From positions 1-55,481 of the IMG/VR virus record IMGVR_UViG_3300050014_000090: a stretch of DNA of 55,481 nt. One strand, 5' to 3'. Position numbers and translations under genes: made by a program. Numbering within the stretch: position 1 is the stretch's first letter; each line of letters opens with the position of its first letter. The notes beneath the pieces are model-generated. The model ran no database searches. It was not told the DNA's origin and saw nothing but the letters and a program-made list of their open reading frames with translations. This document shows, piece by piece, positions 17,829-25,883 of the stretch. The stretch is from a virus (Duplodnaviria > Caudoviricetes).

Positions 17829-18587
17829 TCACCAAAACAACGGCACAGCGCCGCCTCCTGAGTCTTCCGCGACCCACGCCGCGATTCCTATCGCTGACAC
17901 AGTATCATCGTGAATTCCGGTCTTCATTGCGCCAAACTGGTCATAACCTGCGTCGGTTATCTTCCGTTCGTAATTGTTCAGTTCCTCTCTCAGTTCCTCC
18001 AATTGACCTTTCATCTTCGCATCCGCCCATAAGCGATGTGTCTCAAAGAGTGAGATCAACGTCGACGCCATTTGCGGCTTTGGCAAGTTGACACTCCTCG
18101 GGTCGTTCCACTTTGGCCGGATTCCTCCGGTGAGTGTGACACGATAGAGTTCCGCATTCGGGATCAACTCGACGACCGTGTCCGTTACTGCCGCGCCAAC
18201 GCCGCCCTCATCAACGACGACATAGACATAGTCAAAGTCAGGACTCTCAATCAGTTGAGTCCACGTCTTGCGGAGCAAGCGGGAGACCTTCGGATATGGC
18301 GTCTCGAGCGGGAGTCGCCTAATTCGGGAGACGTGATAGACGAACCGATCCTCCTGTTCCTCGTCGAGTTCGATCGGGAGGAACGGCTCGAGGAAGATGA
18401 TCGAGGTATAGTCGGCCTTTTTTCCAAGGTCAACGCCCACGTAGACCGTGCGATTGTAATTGCCGTATTCGGTCGTGCGGAACTTCTCGGACTTCTCACG
18501 CTGCTCGCTTTTCTTTGTCTCGCTGAGTGCTTCCATCCTGCGGCGGTTGCGTGCTGCGAATTGTGAGTTGACCCACGAATCGCTCAC
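17829..18587 (-). CDS. Terminase large subunit nuclease domain, stand-alone gene
   Basis: GVDLGKKADYT, VVDEGGVG, HDDTVSA RNase H-like acidic residues; GGAGG RBS. Confidence 0.85.
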   Translation of the reverse strand: MSDSWVNSQFAARNRRRMEALSETKKSEQREKSEKFRTTEYGNYNRTVYVGVDLGKKADYTSIIFLEPFLPIELDEEQEDRFVYHVSRIRRLPLETPYPKVSRLLRKTWTQLIESPDFDYVYVVVDEGGVGAAVTDTVVELIPNAELYRVTLTGGIRPKWNDPRSVNLPKPQMASTLISLFETHRLWADAKMKGQLEELREELNNYERKITDAGYDQFGAMKTGIHDDTVSAIGIAAWVAEDSGGGAVPLFW

Positions 18588-18685
18588 TTAAACCGCCTCC
18601 GTTCATCCAACCATAGCACAAACACACAATACGCAATAGCAACAACGATCGCAAGGGCGAGAAATAATGCTTCTGAATCAGTCAT
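18584..18685 (-). CDS. 33-aa membrane peptide
   Basis: MTDSEALFLALAIVVAIAYCVFVLWLDERRRFK; coupled at both ends. Confidence 0.55.
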   Translation of the reverse strand: MTDSEALFLALAIVVAIAYCVFVLWLDERRRFK

Positions 18686-18828
18686 CTCGCAGGCCTCCAT
18701 CCGGGACAGTCCTTGATTCCTTGCTCCTGCATCTCGCGGATCTCACAGTTGAAATACCGATGGCACGTAAATGATCCGGCTTCCATCTTGAGCGATAGAT
18801 TCGCACAGGTGAAACATTCAAAACTCAT
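18682..18828 (-). CDS. Small Cys-motif protein
   Basis: CFTC...C...C...CPGW; ATGA coupling. Confidence 0.5.
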   Translation of the reverse strand: MSFECFTCANLSLKMEAGSFTCHRYFNCEIREMQEQGIKDCPGWRPAR

Positions 18829-19016
18829 GATGCACTCGGTTTGTATGCGACCCACGATAAGCATGTGAACGCGAGACTTTGTGGTGTGCTGCCGTCAACG
18901 TCGCAATAGTAACAATCGACGTCTCGCTTGAGATTGTCGCAGGTGACGCAGATATGCACGTTCTCGACGGTCATGATCACGTCGTCACTCGGGGAGTTTT
19001 GCGTTGAGTTTACCAT
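18825..19016 (-). CDS. Small Cys-motif protein
   Basis: CVTC...CYYC...CLSW; GGAGG RBS. Confidence 0.5.
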   Translation of the reverse strand: MVNSTQNSPSDDVIMTVENVHICVTCDNLKRDVDCYYCDVDGSTPQSLAFTCLSWVAYKPSAS

Positions 19017-19030
19017 TCAAGACGCCTCCG

Positions 19031-19609
19031 TTAATCGCTCGCCCATTCAACATCAACATAGCCGTTCCACTGAGCCAAAAGAGTATGACCGTAATAATCA
19101 ACGTCGAAGTCATCCATCGTGACGCTGCCATTCGGCTCGAGATAATAAACGACCCATTCGGTCGTATTGGCAAGAGGAAAAACCGCCGAGACCGCGACGA
19201 GCGTTGTGTTCTTGTCGTGGCTTTTGAACTTTATGCGTGTCCTGCCATCATTCGAGATCTCAGTTCGTTGAAAGTCTGACCATTGACCAAACTTTGCCAG
19301 TGTCTTCTCGGCCACAGTTTGCGGCGTCGTTGGATAGTCCACGAAGCGCTTTGGAACCCGGGCCTGTGGCTCAGGATCAGGACGATGCTCCCATGGTTGT
19401 GTATAATCGTCTTCGCACCGAGACTTTTGGTCAACGATGTGATATGCCCGCGCTCTCTCGGCCCGCTCTTGCCAATCGTCTTTTCCACTGATCTCGCCCT
19501 TCATATAGGCGCAATAGATGTCGCAGGGAACGCGGCCTTCCAACACAGCCGCCGCTGCTTTTGGTTTTTGCCTTTTAAGATTGGCAAGCCCGCCCGAGCA
19601 ACCACTCAT
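19031..19609 (-). CDS. Hypothetical protein
   Basis: 192-aa ORF with ATGA coupling. Confidence 0.6.
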   Translation of the reverse strand: MSGCSGGLANLKRQKPKAAAAVLEGRVPCDIYCAYMKGEISGKDDWQERAERARAYHIVDQKSRCEDDYTQPWEHRPDPEPQARVPKRFVDYPTTPQTVAEKTLAKFGQWSDFQRTEISNDGRTRIKFKSHDKNTTLVAVSAVFPLANTTEWVVYYLEPNGSVTMDDFDVDYYGHTLLAQWNGYVDVEWASD

Positions 19610-19809
19610 GCCTTCGCCTCCACGCCCAAAAACTCGCGGAGCATATACTCCACGGCCACGGACTTCGGAATCATCTCGTTAAACGCCTTCCGTTCGACGT
19701 GATATGCAATCTCGGGCGGGAGCCACATATTGATTTGTAAACTGCCTTCCCGTTTCATCTTCTTGCGATACGTTTGCCGGTGATCGTGCGCCGCTTGTCC
19801 TCCCATCAT
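19606..19809 (-). CDS. RHH/CopG-like protein
   Basis: QINMWLPPE...KSVAVEYMLREFL; GGAGG RBS. Confidence 0.55.
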   Translation of the reverse strand: MMGGQAAHDHRQTYRKKMKREGSLQINMWLPPEIAYHVERKAFNEMIPKSVAVEYMLREFLGVEAKA

Positions 19810-19824
19810 TTGTGACCTCCTCTC

Positions 19825-20640
19825 TCATTCTAGATCCATATTTATCTCGTCCCTTGTGTATAGCTCAGGATGATTGAACGCTGCCTCGATGTCCTCGGCC
19901 CGGAATACACTGTCTATGGCCTCTGCGAAAAAACAATAATATTCCTGTTTGAATTCCCAATCGAGCATCCGCGCCTTTTCCTCCATGATGAACGCCTTTT
20001 TAAATCGCGGACACTGGTCGGCGTTGATCTCTATCTTGAGCCATTCCGTCTCATTCTCCCACGCCTGCCAAAAAAAGCCTCGCTTGCCGTGCGGCGTGGA
20101 GAGTAGGACGATCTTGCCGTCGCTTATGTTGAGCATTGGTCGGGCGTTTGTGTATGCCTTCTCATGCACCTGCGCCGCTTCATCGATGATAAGCAGTGTG
20201 ACGTCGGAATAGCCTCGAATGCTATCCGGTGCTTGTCCTGTGAGTGCAATGATTCGTGACTTGTTTTGCAGCTCGAGCCGGTGAACGCTCTCGGTTATTG
20301 AGAGGACGGGACGGCCGATCTGCTTATAGTAGTCGGTGATCTTGCGAAAAGACTCTTTAGCCTGCTCGAGCGTGTGCGAGATTACGATCACCATAGCTCC
20401 GGGTGTGTAGAGTGCATGGTGAAGCGCCATCACTGCGACGATCGAGGACTTGCCGGTTTGCCGGGCGCAGTTAAGGAGGATGCGCTTTGAGTCCGACTCA
20501 AGAACCTCGTATTGCCACTCATCGGGATCGAGACCGAGTGCTTCCGCAAACAGTCCCGGATACTTCTCGAGTGCGAGATAGTCCGAGATCTGCGGGTGCT
20601 CAGTTTTGGCTCGTACTTGCCTCGTTATCGCCATTTGCAT
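19825..20640 (-). CDS. Terminase large subunit ATPase domain, stand-alone gene
   Basis: PDEWQ, Walker A RQTGKS, IRG, Walker B LLIIDEAA, STP.G..G.F, QEY.C.F. Confidence 0.92.
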   Translation of the reverse strand: MQMAITRQVRAKTEHPQISDYLALEKYPGLFAEALGLDPDEWQYEVLESDSKRILLNCARQTGKSSIVAVMALHHALYTPGAMVIVISHTLEQAKESFRKITDYYKQIGRPVLSITESVHRLELQNKSRIIALTGQAPDSIRGYSDVTLLIIDEAAQVHEKAYTNARPMLNISDGKIVLLSTPHGKRGFFWQAWENETEWLKIEINADQCPRFKKAFIMEEKARMLDWEFKQEYYCFFAEAIDSVFRAEDIEAAFNHPELYTRDEINMDLE

Positions 20641-21130
20641 GCTGATACTTCATCATTGCCCTGACAATATTCTTTTGCGTCTTGAGGTCTTGCCCGGCGG
20701 CCGCTTTGATCACCTCGAATAGCTTGTCGACTTCCTCTTTAACGGTGATCTGCATTGGCTCCAAGTGAACGCGACCGAGCGACTGATTCATCTCGAGCGC
20801 CTTAAACTTCATATTGCCAAGTTGCGAGAGCGCCGCGACGCGATCTTTGGCCGGTGTTATTGGATCAAGAGCGATCTCCCATAGATGTCGCTCGACTTCC
20901 TCGAGTCCGTTGAGGTAGTCCTGCACGACAAAGTCGTCGTTTATCTCGGGGATCACAAAGTCTCCCCACGTATGTCGTTTTCTCCAATCCGACCACATTG
21001 CTTGATCGGTGACGCCATACTTGCCCGCCATCTCGCGGATTATAACATTGTGCGGTTCACCGTGGAGATGTCTCGTATACATTTCTATGCGTCGGTTTAG
21101 CAACCTCTTTTGAGGCCCCACTTGTCCCAT
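20600..21130 (-). CDS. Putative terminase small subunit
   Basis: N-terminal HTH-like segment; directly upstream of the ATPase. Confidence 0.6.
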   Translation of the reverse strand: MGQVGPQKRLLNRRIEMYTRHLHGEPHNVIIREMAGKYGVTDQAMWSDWRKRHTWGDFVIPEINDDFVVQDYLNGLEEVERHLWEIALDPITPAKDRVAALSQLGNMKFKALEMNQSLGRVHLEPMQITVKEEVDKLFEVIKAAAGQDLKTQKNIVRAMMKYQHANGDNEASTSQN

Positions 21131-21328
21131 TTAATGCCTCCCGTTTAATTTATACGCATATAAACGATGTTGGCCGGTCTCTATGCGTTCAACGCATCCT
21201 TGCTTAAACATCCGGCGACACTGGTCTTGCGACGTCATAGTGTCGACGCCAAGGATTGCGCTGATCTCCTTGGCAGTCATCGCTCGGCCCGCCTTCTTGA
21301 GGACTGCATAAACCTCAGCTTGACTCAT
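21131..21328 (-). CDS. Winged-HTH protein
   Basis: VY.VL.....MTAKEISAILG...G.VER; start revised to MSQAEV. Confidence 0.6.
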   Translation of the reverse strand: MSQAEVYAVLKKAGRAMTAKEISAILGVDTMTSQDQCRRMFKQGCVERIETGQHRLYAYKLNGRH

Positions 21329-21452
21329 TCCACTCGCGCAAATGCGGATTGCTCTGCGGCCGTTCGCCATTGCTCTGTTTGGTGATACAAAAGGGACAGA
21401 GAGCCGCTCCCTCTTGGATCGGCTTCCCGCAACGACAACAAGGTCGCGGCAT
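21315..21452 (-). CDS. Zinc-ribbon protein (45 aa)
   Basis: CCRCG...LCPFC; manual translation. Confidence 0.5.
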   Translation of the reverse strand: MPRPCCRCGKPIQEGAALCPFCITKQSNGERPQSNPHLREWNESS

Positions 21453-21464
21453 TGCTCACAGTTC

Positions 21465-22640
21465 TCACGCCGATTCGTTGATCCACGCCGACCAGTTCAC
21501 GCCGTCATTCGACGTCTTGAAGTATATGACGTCGTCGGTTCCCATCACTGAGAGGATGATGCACGAATTCATGATGATTGCCGTCGGGTTTGTCCCGGCC
21601 TTGATTCCACCTCCGAGAGTGTTCCACGTTGACCATGCTTTGCCATCATACCGCTTATGCCACATCGCTGAGTCACTTCCGCGAACAAATGTGTCGATTG
21701 TTCCGGGCGTCAGTGACACAGCCGCCGGGGAAGACGTGCAGATCCCGCCGAGCGAGTCCCATGCTGGTAACGGTGTAACGCCAAGGTGACGATGCCATAG
21801 CGCCTCATCATTCTTGACGGCGAAGACGTCGATCGTTTTGTTGTCCCGCGAGCAGAGCGCCGCATCACCGACGATCTTTAATGTTGCAGGTGGAGGAGGT
21901 GGAGGCGGTGTTGGGGTCATCCGGTTCTTTAAAGTGATGTTCGTTGCAGGCCATACATCCATCCATGCCTGATACCAGCTCTGAAACTGATTAAACACGT
22001 TGTTCATATTGGAACCATATCCACCCCAAACGCCTATTCCTGCAAAGGTTATGCCGTTTGCTTCCATCTGTTGAGCAATGTTGATATAGTCCTGTGCGCT
22101 TGAGTGGTTCATCATCCACGTTCCTACACATAGCCCTATTTCTTTAACTCCATGTGCCTTTGCGTGCTGCATGCCCGGCCCCATGACATTCCATCCCCAA
22201 AGATTTGTGTTTGAATCATAGGTTTCCATGTAGCTTACTGCGCCGTATTTTCCTACAGGCCCGGGGTGCGTGACATTCCAAATATCGTCATCAGTGCCAC
22301 CGCCGGTACCCTCGCCGCCATAATCTAAAAACGTCAGGTGACTCATTATCGAGTCTATCTCTGCTGCTTGCTCGGATTCGCCGCCGACGGCGTGCCATCC
22401 TGCCGCGGCTAGGTTTGCGTTGTAGCTGTCTAAACCATTCCATCCTGCTTGACCGTCGTTCCCGTTATTCAAAACAGGTGAAAGTTTAGCGGCTAGGATG
22501 TCATTTACAACGTTTGAAGGTGGAGAACTACCTCCACCGTGAACGATGTAGTGCGCATCAATGATGCCCCCACTTCTAAGTTGTCCTAAGTCATTGTATG
22601 AGTCGCCTGCGACCCAATACACTACGCTATGATTTACCAT
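21465..22640 (-). CDS. Putative hydrolase-like domain + Pro linker + PLL-type lectin repeats (candidate lysin)
   Basis: W.SLGG...S.PA.....ID.FVRG.D..WH repeats; N-domain paralogous to 34779..35522. Confidence 0.65.
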   Translation of the reverse strand: MVNHSVVYWVAGDSYNDLGQLRSGGIIDAHYIVHGGGSSPPSNVVNDILAAKLSPVLNNGNDGQAGWNGLDSYNANLAAAGWHAVGGESEQAAEIDSIMSHLTFLDYGGEGTGGGTDDDIWNVTHPGPVGKYGAVSYMETYDSNTNLWGWNVMGPGMQHAKAHGVKEIGLCVGTWMMNHSSAQDYINIAQQMEANGITFAGIGVWGGYGSNMNNVFNQFQSWYQAWMDVWPATNITLKNRMTPTPPPPPPPATLKIVGDAALCSRDNKTIDVFAVKNDEALWHRHLGVTPLPAWDSLGGICTSSPAAVSLTPGTIDTFVRGSDSAMWHKRYDGKAWSTWNTLGGGIKAGTNPTAIIMNSCIILSVMGTDDVIYFKTSNDGVNWSAWINESA

Positions 22641-22673
22641 TAGATAGCCTCCGGCTTTGTTTTTAAATCGATG

Positions 22674-22760
22674 AAAAAAGAAGAGGGAAGGTGAGACATC
22701 GACGAGGTGGAGATAGGCTCATGAAGATAAGCCAAACTTAGAAACCTCGCCGACGTGACC
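22674..22760 (-). ncRNA. Candidate ~85-nt small RNA with anti-SD 3' tail
   Basis: TATTTAAG about 25 nt upstream; nested 13-bp and 7-bp stems whose G.U pairs work only on the minus strand; CTCACCTTCC then T6. Confidence 0.5.
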
Positions 22761-22896
22761 GTAAAAGAGTTGTCTTGTGGTCTTAAATACCTTATCACTG
22801 TCTCACCTTCTCGTTTGGGGTCGCCTTCAATTTCGGTTCCTGTCACTTATAGTTTCTGATTCCTGTTTGGTCAATTTGCTATGATTGACAATCCCT

Positions 22897-23019
22897 TTAG
22901 TGTCCTGTAAACAACAGGATCGTGAGCCTAATGCTGAGGGCGACGACCCAATACAGTAGGAAGAAATGAAATGCCGTCGATTTCAATACGCTGACGGTCA
23001 AAGATTTATTGTTGGCCAT
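22897..23019 (-). CDS. 40-aa hydrophobic peptide MANNKSLTVSVLKSTAFHFFLLYWVVALSIRLTILLFTGH
   Basis: AAGGTGA RBS; manual translation. Confidence 0.55.
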   Translation of the reverse strand: MANNKSLTVSVLKSTAFHFFLLYWVVALSIRLTILLFTGH

Positions 23020-23038
23020 GTTGTCTCACCTTTTCTCC

Positions 23039-23242
23039 TTAATTCGCTGCGAGTGTTGGAACCGGACTCACCAATTGCGGGTCGGTTGCTCCAAGTTGAT
23101 AGACCGGGATCGTAGTCGGCCGGATCGCCGGGTTCTGCGAGGTCACTGCCGTCGCAGGAGGATAGAATATTACCAATCCCACGACGATAAGCGACGCCAC
23201 GACGACGGCGACGAGTGCGAGCTTTGAGTCTTTGTCGATCAT
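23039..23242 (-). CDS. Small membrane-anchored protein
   Basis: N-terminal hydrophobic helix; ATGA coupling. Confidence 0.6.
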   Translation of the reverse strand: MIDKDSKLALVAVVVASLIVVGLVIFYPPATAVTSQNPAIRPTTIPVYQLGATDPQLVSPVPTLAAN

Positions 23243-23640
23243 AGTTCCCGGTTCTGCGCGTCGTCCTCAAGCGTCGGCTTCGGCTTGTGCTTTGCCACTT
23301 TTATTATGTTTTCCCATTCGTCGCCAGCGTCGGTCGTGTTGATCTCGATAAGAAGTCTGCACTTCTCACCGACCAGTTCCGCGACGTCAAATTCCATCGG
23401 GGTCTCGTTGGGTCGCAGAGACGATACGAGACCAAATAGTGCGCTGCTCGGCATAAACGACTTGTTGTATCGCTTCTTTAGTTCTGTGCCGTCAATATCG
23501 AACGTGACATAGATCACGTCTTTGACGCCAAAAGCTGTTTGTACTCCGTCTTCCGCTGTGACGTCCTTGATAACGGCGTCATATACGCCTTCCTCAAGTC
23601 GCGCCTTGCGCGGTTCACGTTTAACAACTGTGCTGCTCAT
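23239..23640 (-). CDS. Putative OB-fold ssDNA-binding protein (DUF669-like)
   Basis: EG.Y.A.I.DV...F....D..ELVG..C.L.I...W.NI pattern; GGAGG RBS. Confidence 0.6.
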   Translation of the reverse strand: MSSTVVKREPRKARLEEGVYDAVIKDVTAEDGVQTAFGVKDVIYVTFDIDGTELKKRYNKSFMPSSALFGLVSSLRPNETPMEFDVAELVGEKCRLLIEINTTDAGDEWENIIKVAKHKPKPTLEDDAQNREL

Positions 23641-23653
23641 AGTTCATTCCTCC

Positions 23654-23839
23654 TTAAAATTGTGGCTGCTCGGTCTTCCGAGCATCGCGTTCCTTTGTGG
23701 CCTGTTCCTCGGCCCGATCCAACAACTGATCCAATAGATCGACTGATTTAGTGATCGCGTCCTCAACGCTTGTAAATACCGATTCCTCATCGTCCGCGAT
23801 CCTCAGCGTCACCATGCCGATCTGCAAAGCTATCTCCAT
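23654..23839 (-). CDS. Hypothetical protein
   Basis: GAGGTGA RBS. Confidence 0.5.
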   Translation of the reverse strand: MEIALQIGMVTLRIADDEESVFTSVEDAITKSVDLLDQLLDRAEEQATKERDARKTEQPQF

Positions 23840-23844
23840 TTATT

Positions 23845-23976
23845 TCACCTCACCTCAAATTTATTACAGGTATCTGTTCCAAGATGGTTTGCTCTGTCCT
23901 TTTTACACCAAAGATACGGTGCTGACGGATTGCGACTATGCTTGCAGTTTGAGCACACTTCTTTGACCTTTACCAT
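23845..23976 (-). CDS. 43-aa Cys-motif protein
   Basis: CSNC-x12-C-x12-CNKF; manual translation. Confidence 0.5.
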   Translation of the reverse strand: MVKVKEVCSNCKHSRNPSAPYLWCKKDRANHLGTDTCNKFEVR

Positions 23977-23991
23977 GGGTTTTTTTCTCAT

Positions 23992-24177
23992 TTAAAAGAC
24001 AGGATTATTAATGCCGTCGATTTCTCGAATGACATCTAAAAGGACGTCGCCCATTGAAACGCGAGTCCCTGTCTCATGTTGTATCTCACCGGCTCGCTTT
24101 AGGAGCCACGCATGCACCTCATCCGGGACATAGATTCCCTTGTGGGACTCCATAAATGCTTTGCTGTGTTTTTTCAT
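23992..24177 (-). CDS. RHH-like protein, paralog of 26843..27067
   Basis: HKGIYV..EVHA.L...AGEIQ.E.G..VSM.D. Confidence 0.6.
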   Translation of the reverse strand: MKKHSKAFMESHKGIYVPDEVHAWLLKRAGEIQHETGTRVSMGDVLLDVIREIDGINNPVF

Positions 24178-24222
24178 TGACTTTAATCTTCACCTCTTTT
24201 AAGTAAGCTACTATATCCTTTT

Positions 24223-24246
24223 AATGCTATATATGCTTGTTGCTAT
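24223..24246 (-). promoter_or_regulatory. TATA promoter with shared motifs
   Basis: ATAGCAACA-AGC-ATATATAGCATT; 11-mer identical to 25901-25911. Confidence 0.5.
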
Positions 24247-24262
24247 TTGAATTATCAAACAT

Positions 24263-24688
24263 TCAAAAGTCAAGTAGTGCATATTCTTCAGAAGGAAGTC
24301 CGCCGTCGTGTGCATATACCATCGTTCCTTGTCTATTCTCATTATGTCCTAAAAGCTGTCGGATTACGTTGATAGGCATACCTCTTGATTCCGCATAAAC
24401 GACGAAACTGTGTCGAAACGTATGAGGGTGTAAATTATTAACTCCTGCAAACTTCCCGTATTTCTTGACGATGTTGTAAACCTGTGTTCGACGGATAGCG
24501 AAAACAGGTTCCCCCTGTTCGACGTTGTGCTGCAAGATATAGATTTTAAGCGCCTTTTCTGTTGTTTCATCAACAAACACGTCTCGGCGGCCCTTGTGTT
24601 TTAGATTAGGAACGCTTATGCTTGTCCTTGCCAATGTTTGCGTGATGTAGATAGGACAAATTGCTAAAAGTTCGCTTACACGCTTGTT
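24263..24688 (-). pseudogene. Tyrosine recombinase catalytic domain with no start codon before box I
   Basis: RVSELL, HTFRHS, LLGH, TMVY in one frame; in-frame TGA at 24689-24691. Confidence 0.7.
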
Positions 24689-25115
24689 TCAAGCGTTCCG
24701 TTTCTTGTTTCTTTTCTTTTCTTTTTGCTAATCTCTGTTTCTTCTCTGCCTCTGTCCTCGCTTTATCTGCAAGATTTTCTATCTTAATCAACCGTTCCAT
24801 ATACGGATCGATAAACGCGCGAGTCATATGATCCTCGATAAGTTTGTGAGTCTTTGTTCCGTGTGTTCCCTTCTTATCTCGATATGCGTCGGGCGCTTTC
24901 ATTGCTTCCTTCTTAATCTCGTCCCAATCAAGGAGCCGCTCTCCCCTATGTGCGGCCTCGACCTGCTCTCGCTGATAGTCGAGTGAAGTCCTCATTTTCC
25001 ATTTATCGAGTCCTTTGTCTATTACATCAAGGATGGTTGTGACGCCGGGATATTCGTTCCCTTCGGTGTCTTGATATGCCCTCCCATATTTTCTATATAC
25101 TCGTTTTAAGCCCAT
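24606..25115 (-). CDS. Protein resembling the N-terminal part of phage PD-(D/E)XK exonucleases; catalytic domain not visible
   Basis: YPGVTTIL....K.L.KW...GT.TH.LIE then coiled coil. Confidence 0.55.
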   Translation of the reverse strand: MGLKRVYRKYGRAYQDTEGNEYPGVTTILDVIDKGLDKWKMRTSLDYQREQVEAAHRGERLLDWDEIKKEAMKAPDAYRDKKGTHGTKTHKLIEDHMTRAFIDPYMERLIKIENLADKARTEAEKKQRLAKRKEKKQETERLKQACKRTFSNLSYLHHANIGKDKHKRS

Positions 25116-25118
25116 TTT

Positions 25119-25475
25119 TCACCTTTTATCGACTGCTCTGAATGCGAATGCTGCGACCTGCCGCTTCCTGTCCTCGACGACCTCCGGGACGGTCGGGTCG
25201 TGCTTCATCGGAAGTGCTCGCCCTGCTTTAATCTCCTCGTTGATGTTCACCGGATGAACGCAGAACCCGACCCGGTCAGTATAGTCGCAATCAAAACAAG
25301 CGTCAGGAATGCGGTGATTGCCAATCGGACAGCCGTCAGTCAAGTCCTCGGTGCGTGTGTGTGTGTATTCCCGTTTCGCTGCGGCTATCTCGTCGGCCCT
25401 GCGCGTGTCGACTTGCATCTCTTTGACGATTTGCTCGCCCGTTTTAACCAATTTATTTAAATCGTCTTTGTCCAT
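25119..25475 (-). CDS. Hypothetical protein with Cys motif
   Basis: CP...CFDC...CVHP. Confidence 0.55.
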   Translation of the reverse strand: MDKDDLNKLVKTGEQIVKEMQVDTRRADEIAAAKREYTHTRTEDLTDGCPIGNHRIPDACFDCDYTDRVGFCVHPVNINEEIKAGRALPMKHDPTVPEVVEDRKRQVAAFAFRAVDKR

Positions 25476-25481
25476 GATTTT

Positions 25482-25883
25482 TTACCCCCAATGATACCAT
25501 TCATGCGCTTGCTCCTTTGTGAGCCAATTTAATTCGACCATCTTTGAGACCTCCTGCGATGTGATAGGCCAATCTCTGACCTTTGCGTGTGCCGGATTCT
25601 GACATCGTTCGGTGTCGCATCGAGTGTTCACCTGACGCCGGTCGGGAACCTCATCGAATGCAAGCAAAAAAAGAAGCCGTCGAATCTGAACATATCGACC
25701 TCGGCCCCCGGCGTTCAAACTCTTGTCGACATATATGCGTCCCGTATCCGCATCGCTTTTGAGAGTCCAACAACGAGGTTCAAAACAGCCCTCAACGCGC
25801 CGCGATATTTCTTTTCGTATCCTGACTAGGTGCGCGGCAACCGTTGGATTCTTAGGATTCCGTATGTTGAATGTGTTTGCCAT
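25482..25883 (-). CDS. His-Cys/HNH-like zinc-loop protein, possibly degenerate homing endonuclease
   Basis: CW, RR..F, RCDTERCQNPAH. Confidence 0.6.
   Translation of the reverse strand: MANTFNIRNPKNPTVAAHLVRIRKEISRRVEGCFEPRCWTLKSDADTGRIYVDKSLNAGGRGRYVQIRRLLFLLAFDEVPDRRQVNTRCDTERCQNPAHAKVRDWPITSQEVSKMVELNWLTKEQAHEWYHWG

Noticed and set aside
18588-19824. Intron or intein interrupting the terminase
   Set aside because: The interval is tiled by coupled ORFs, both halves have their own start and stop, and no splicing motifs were recognised
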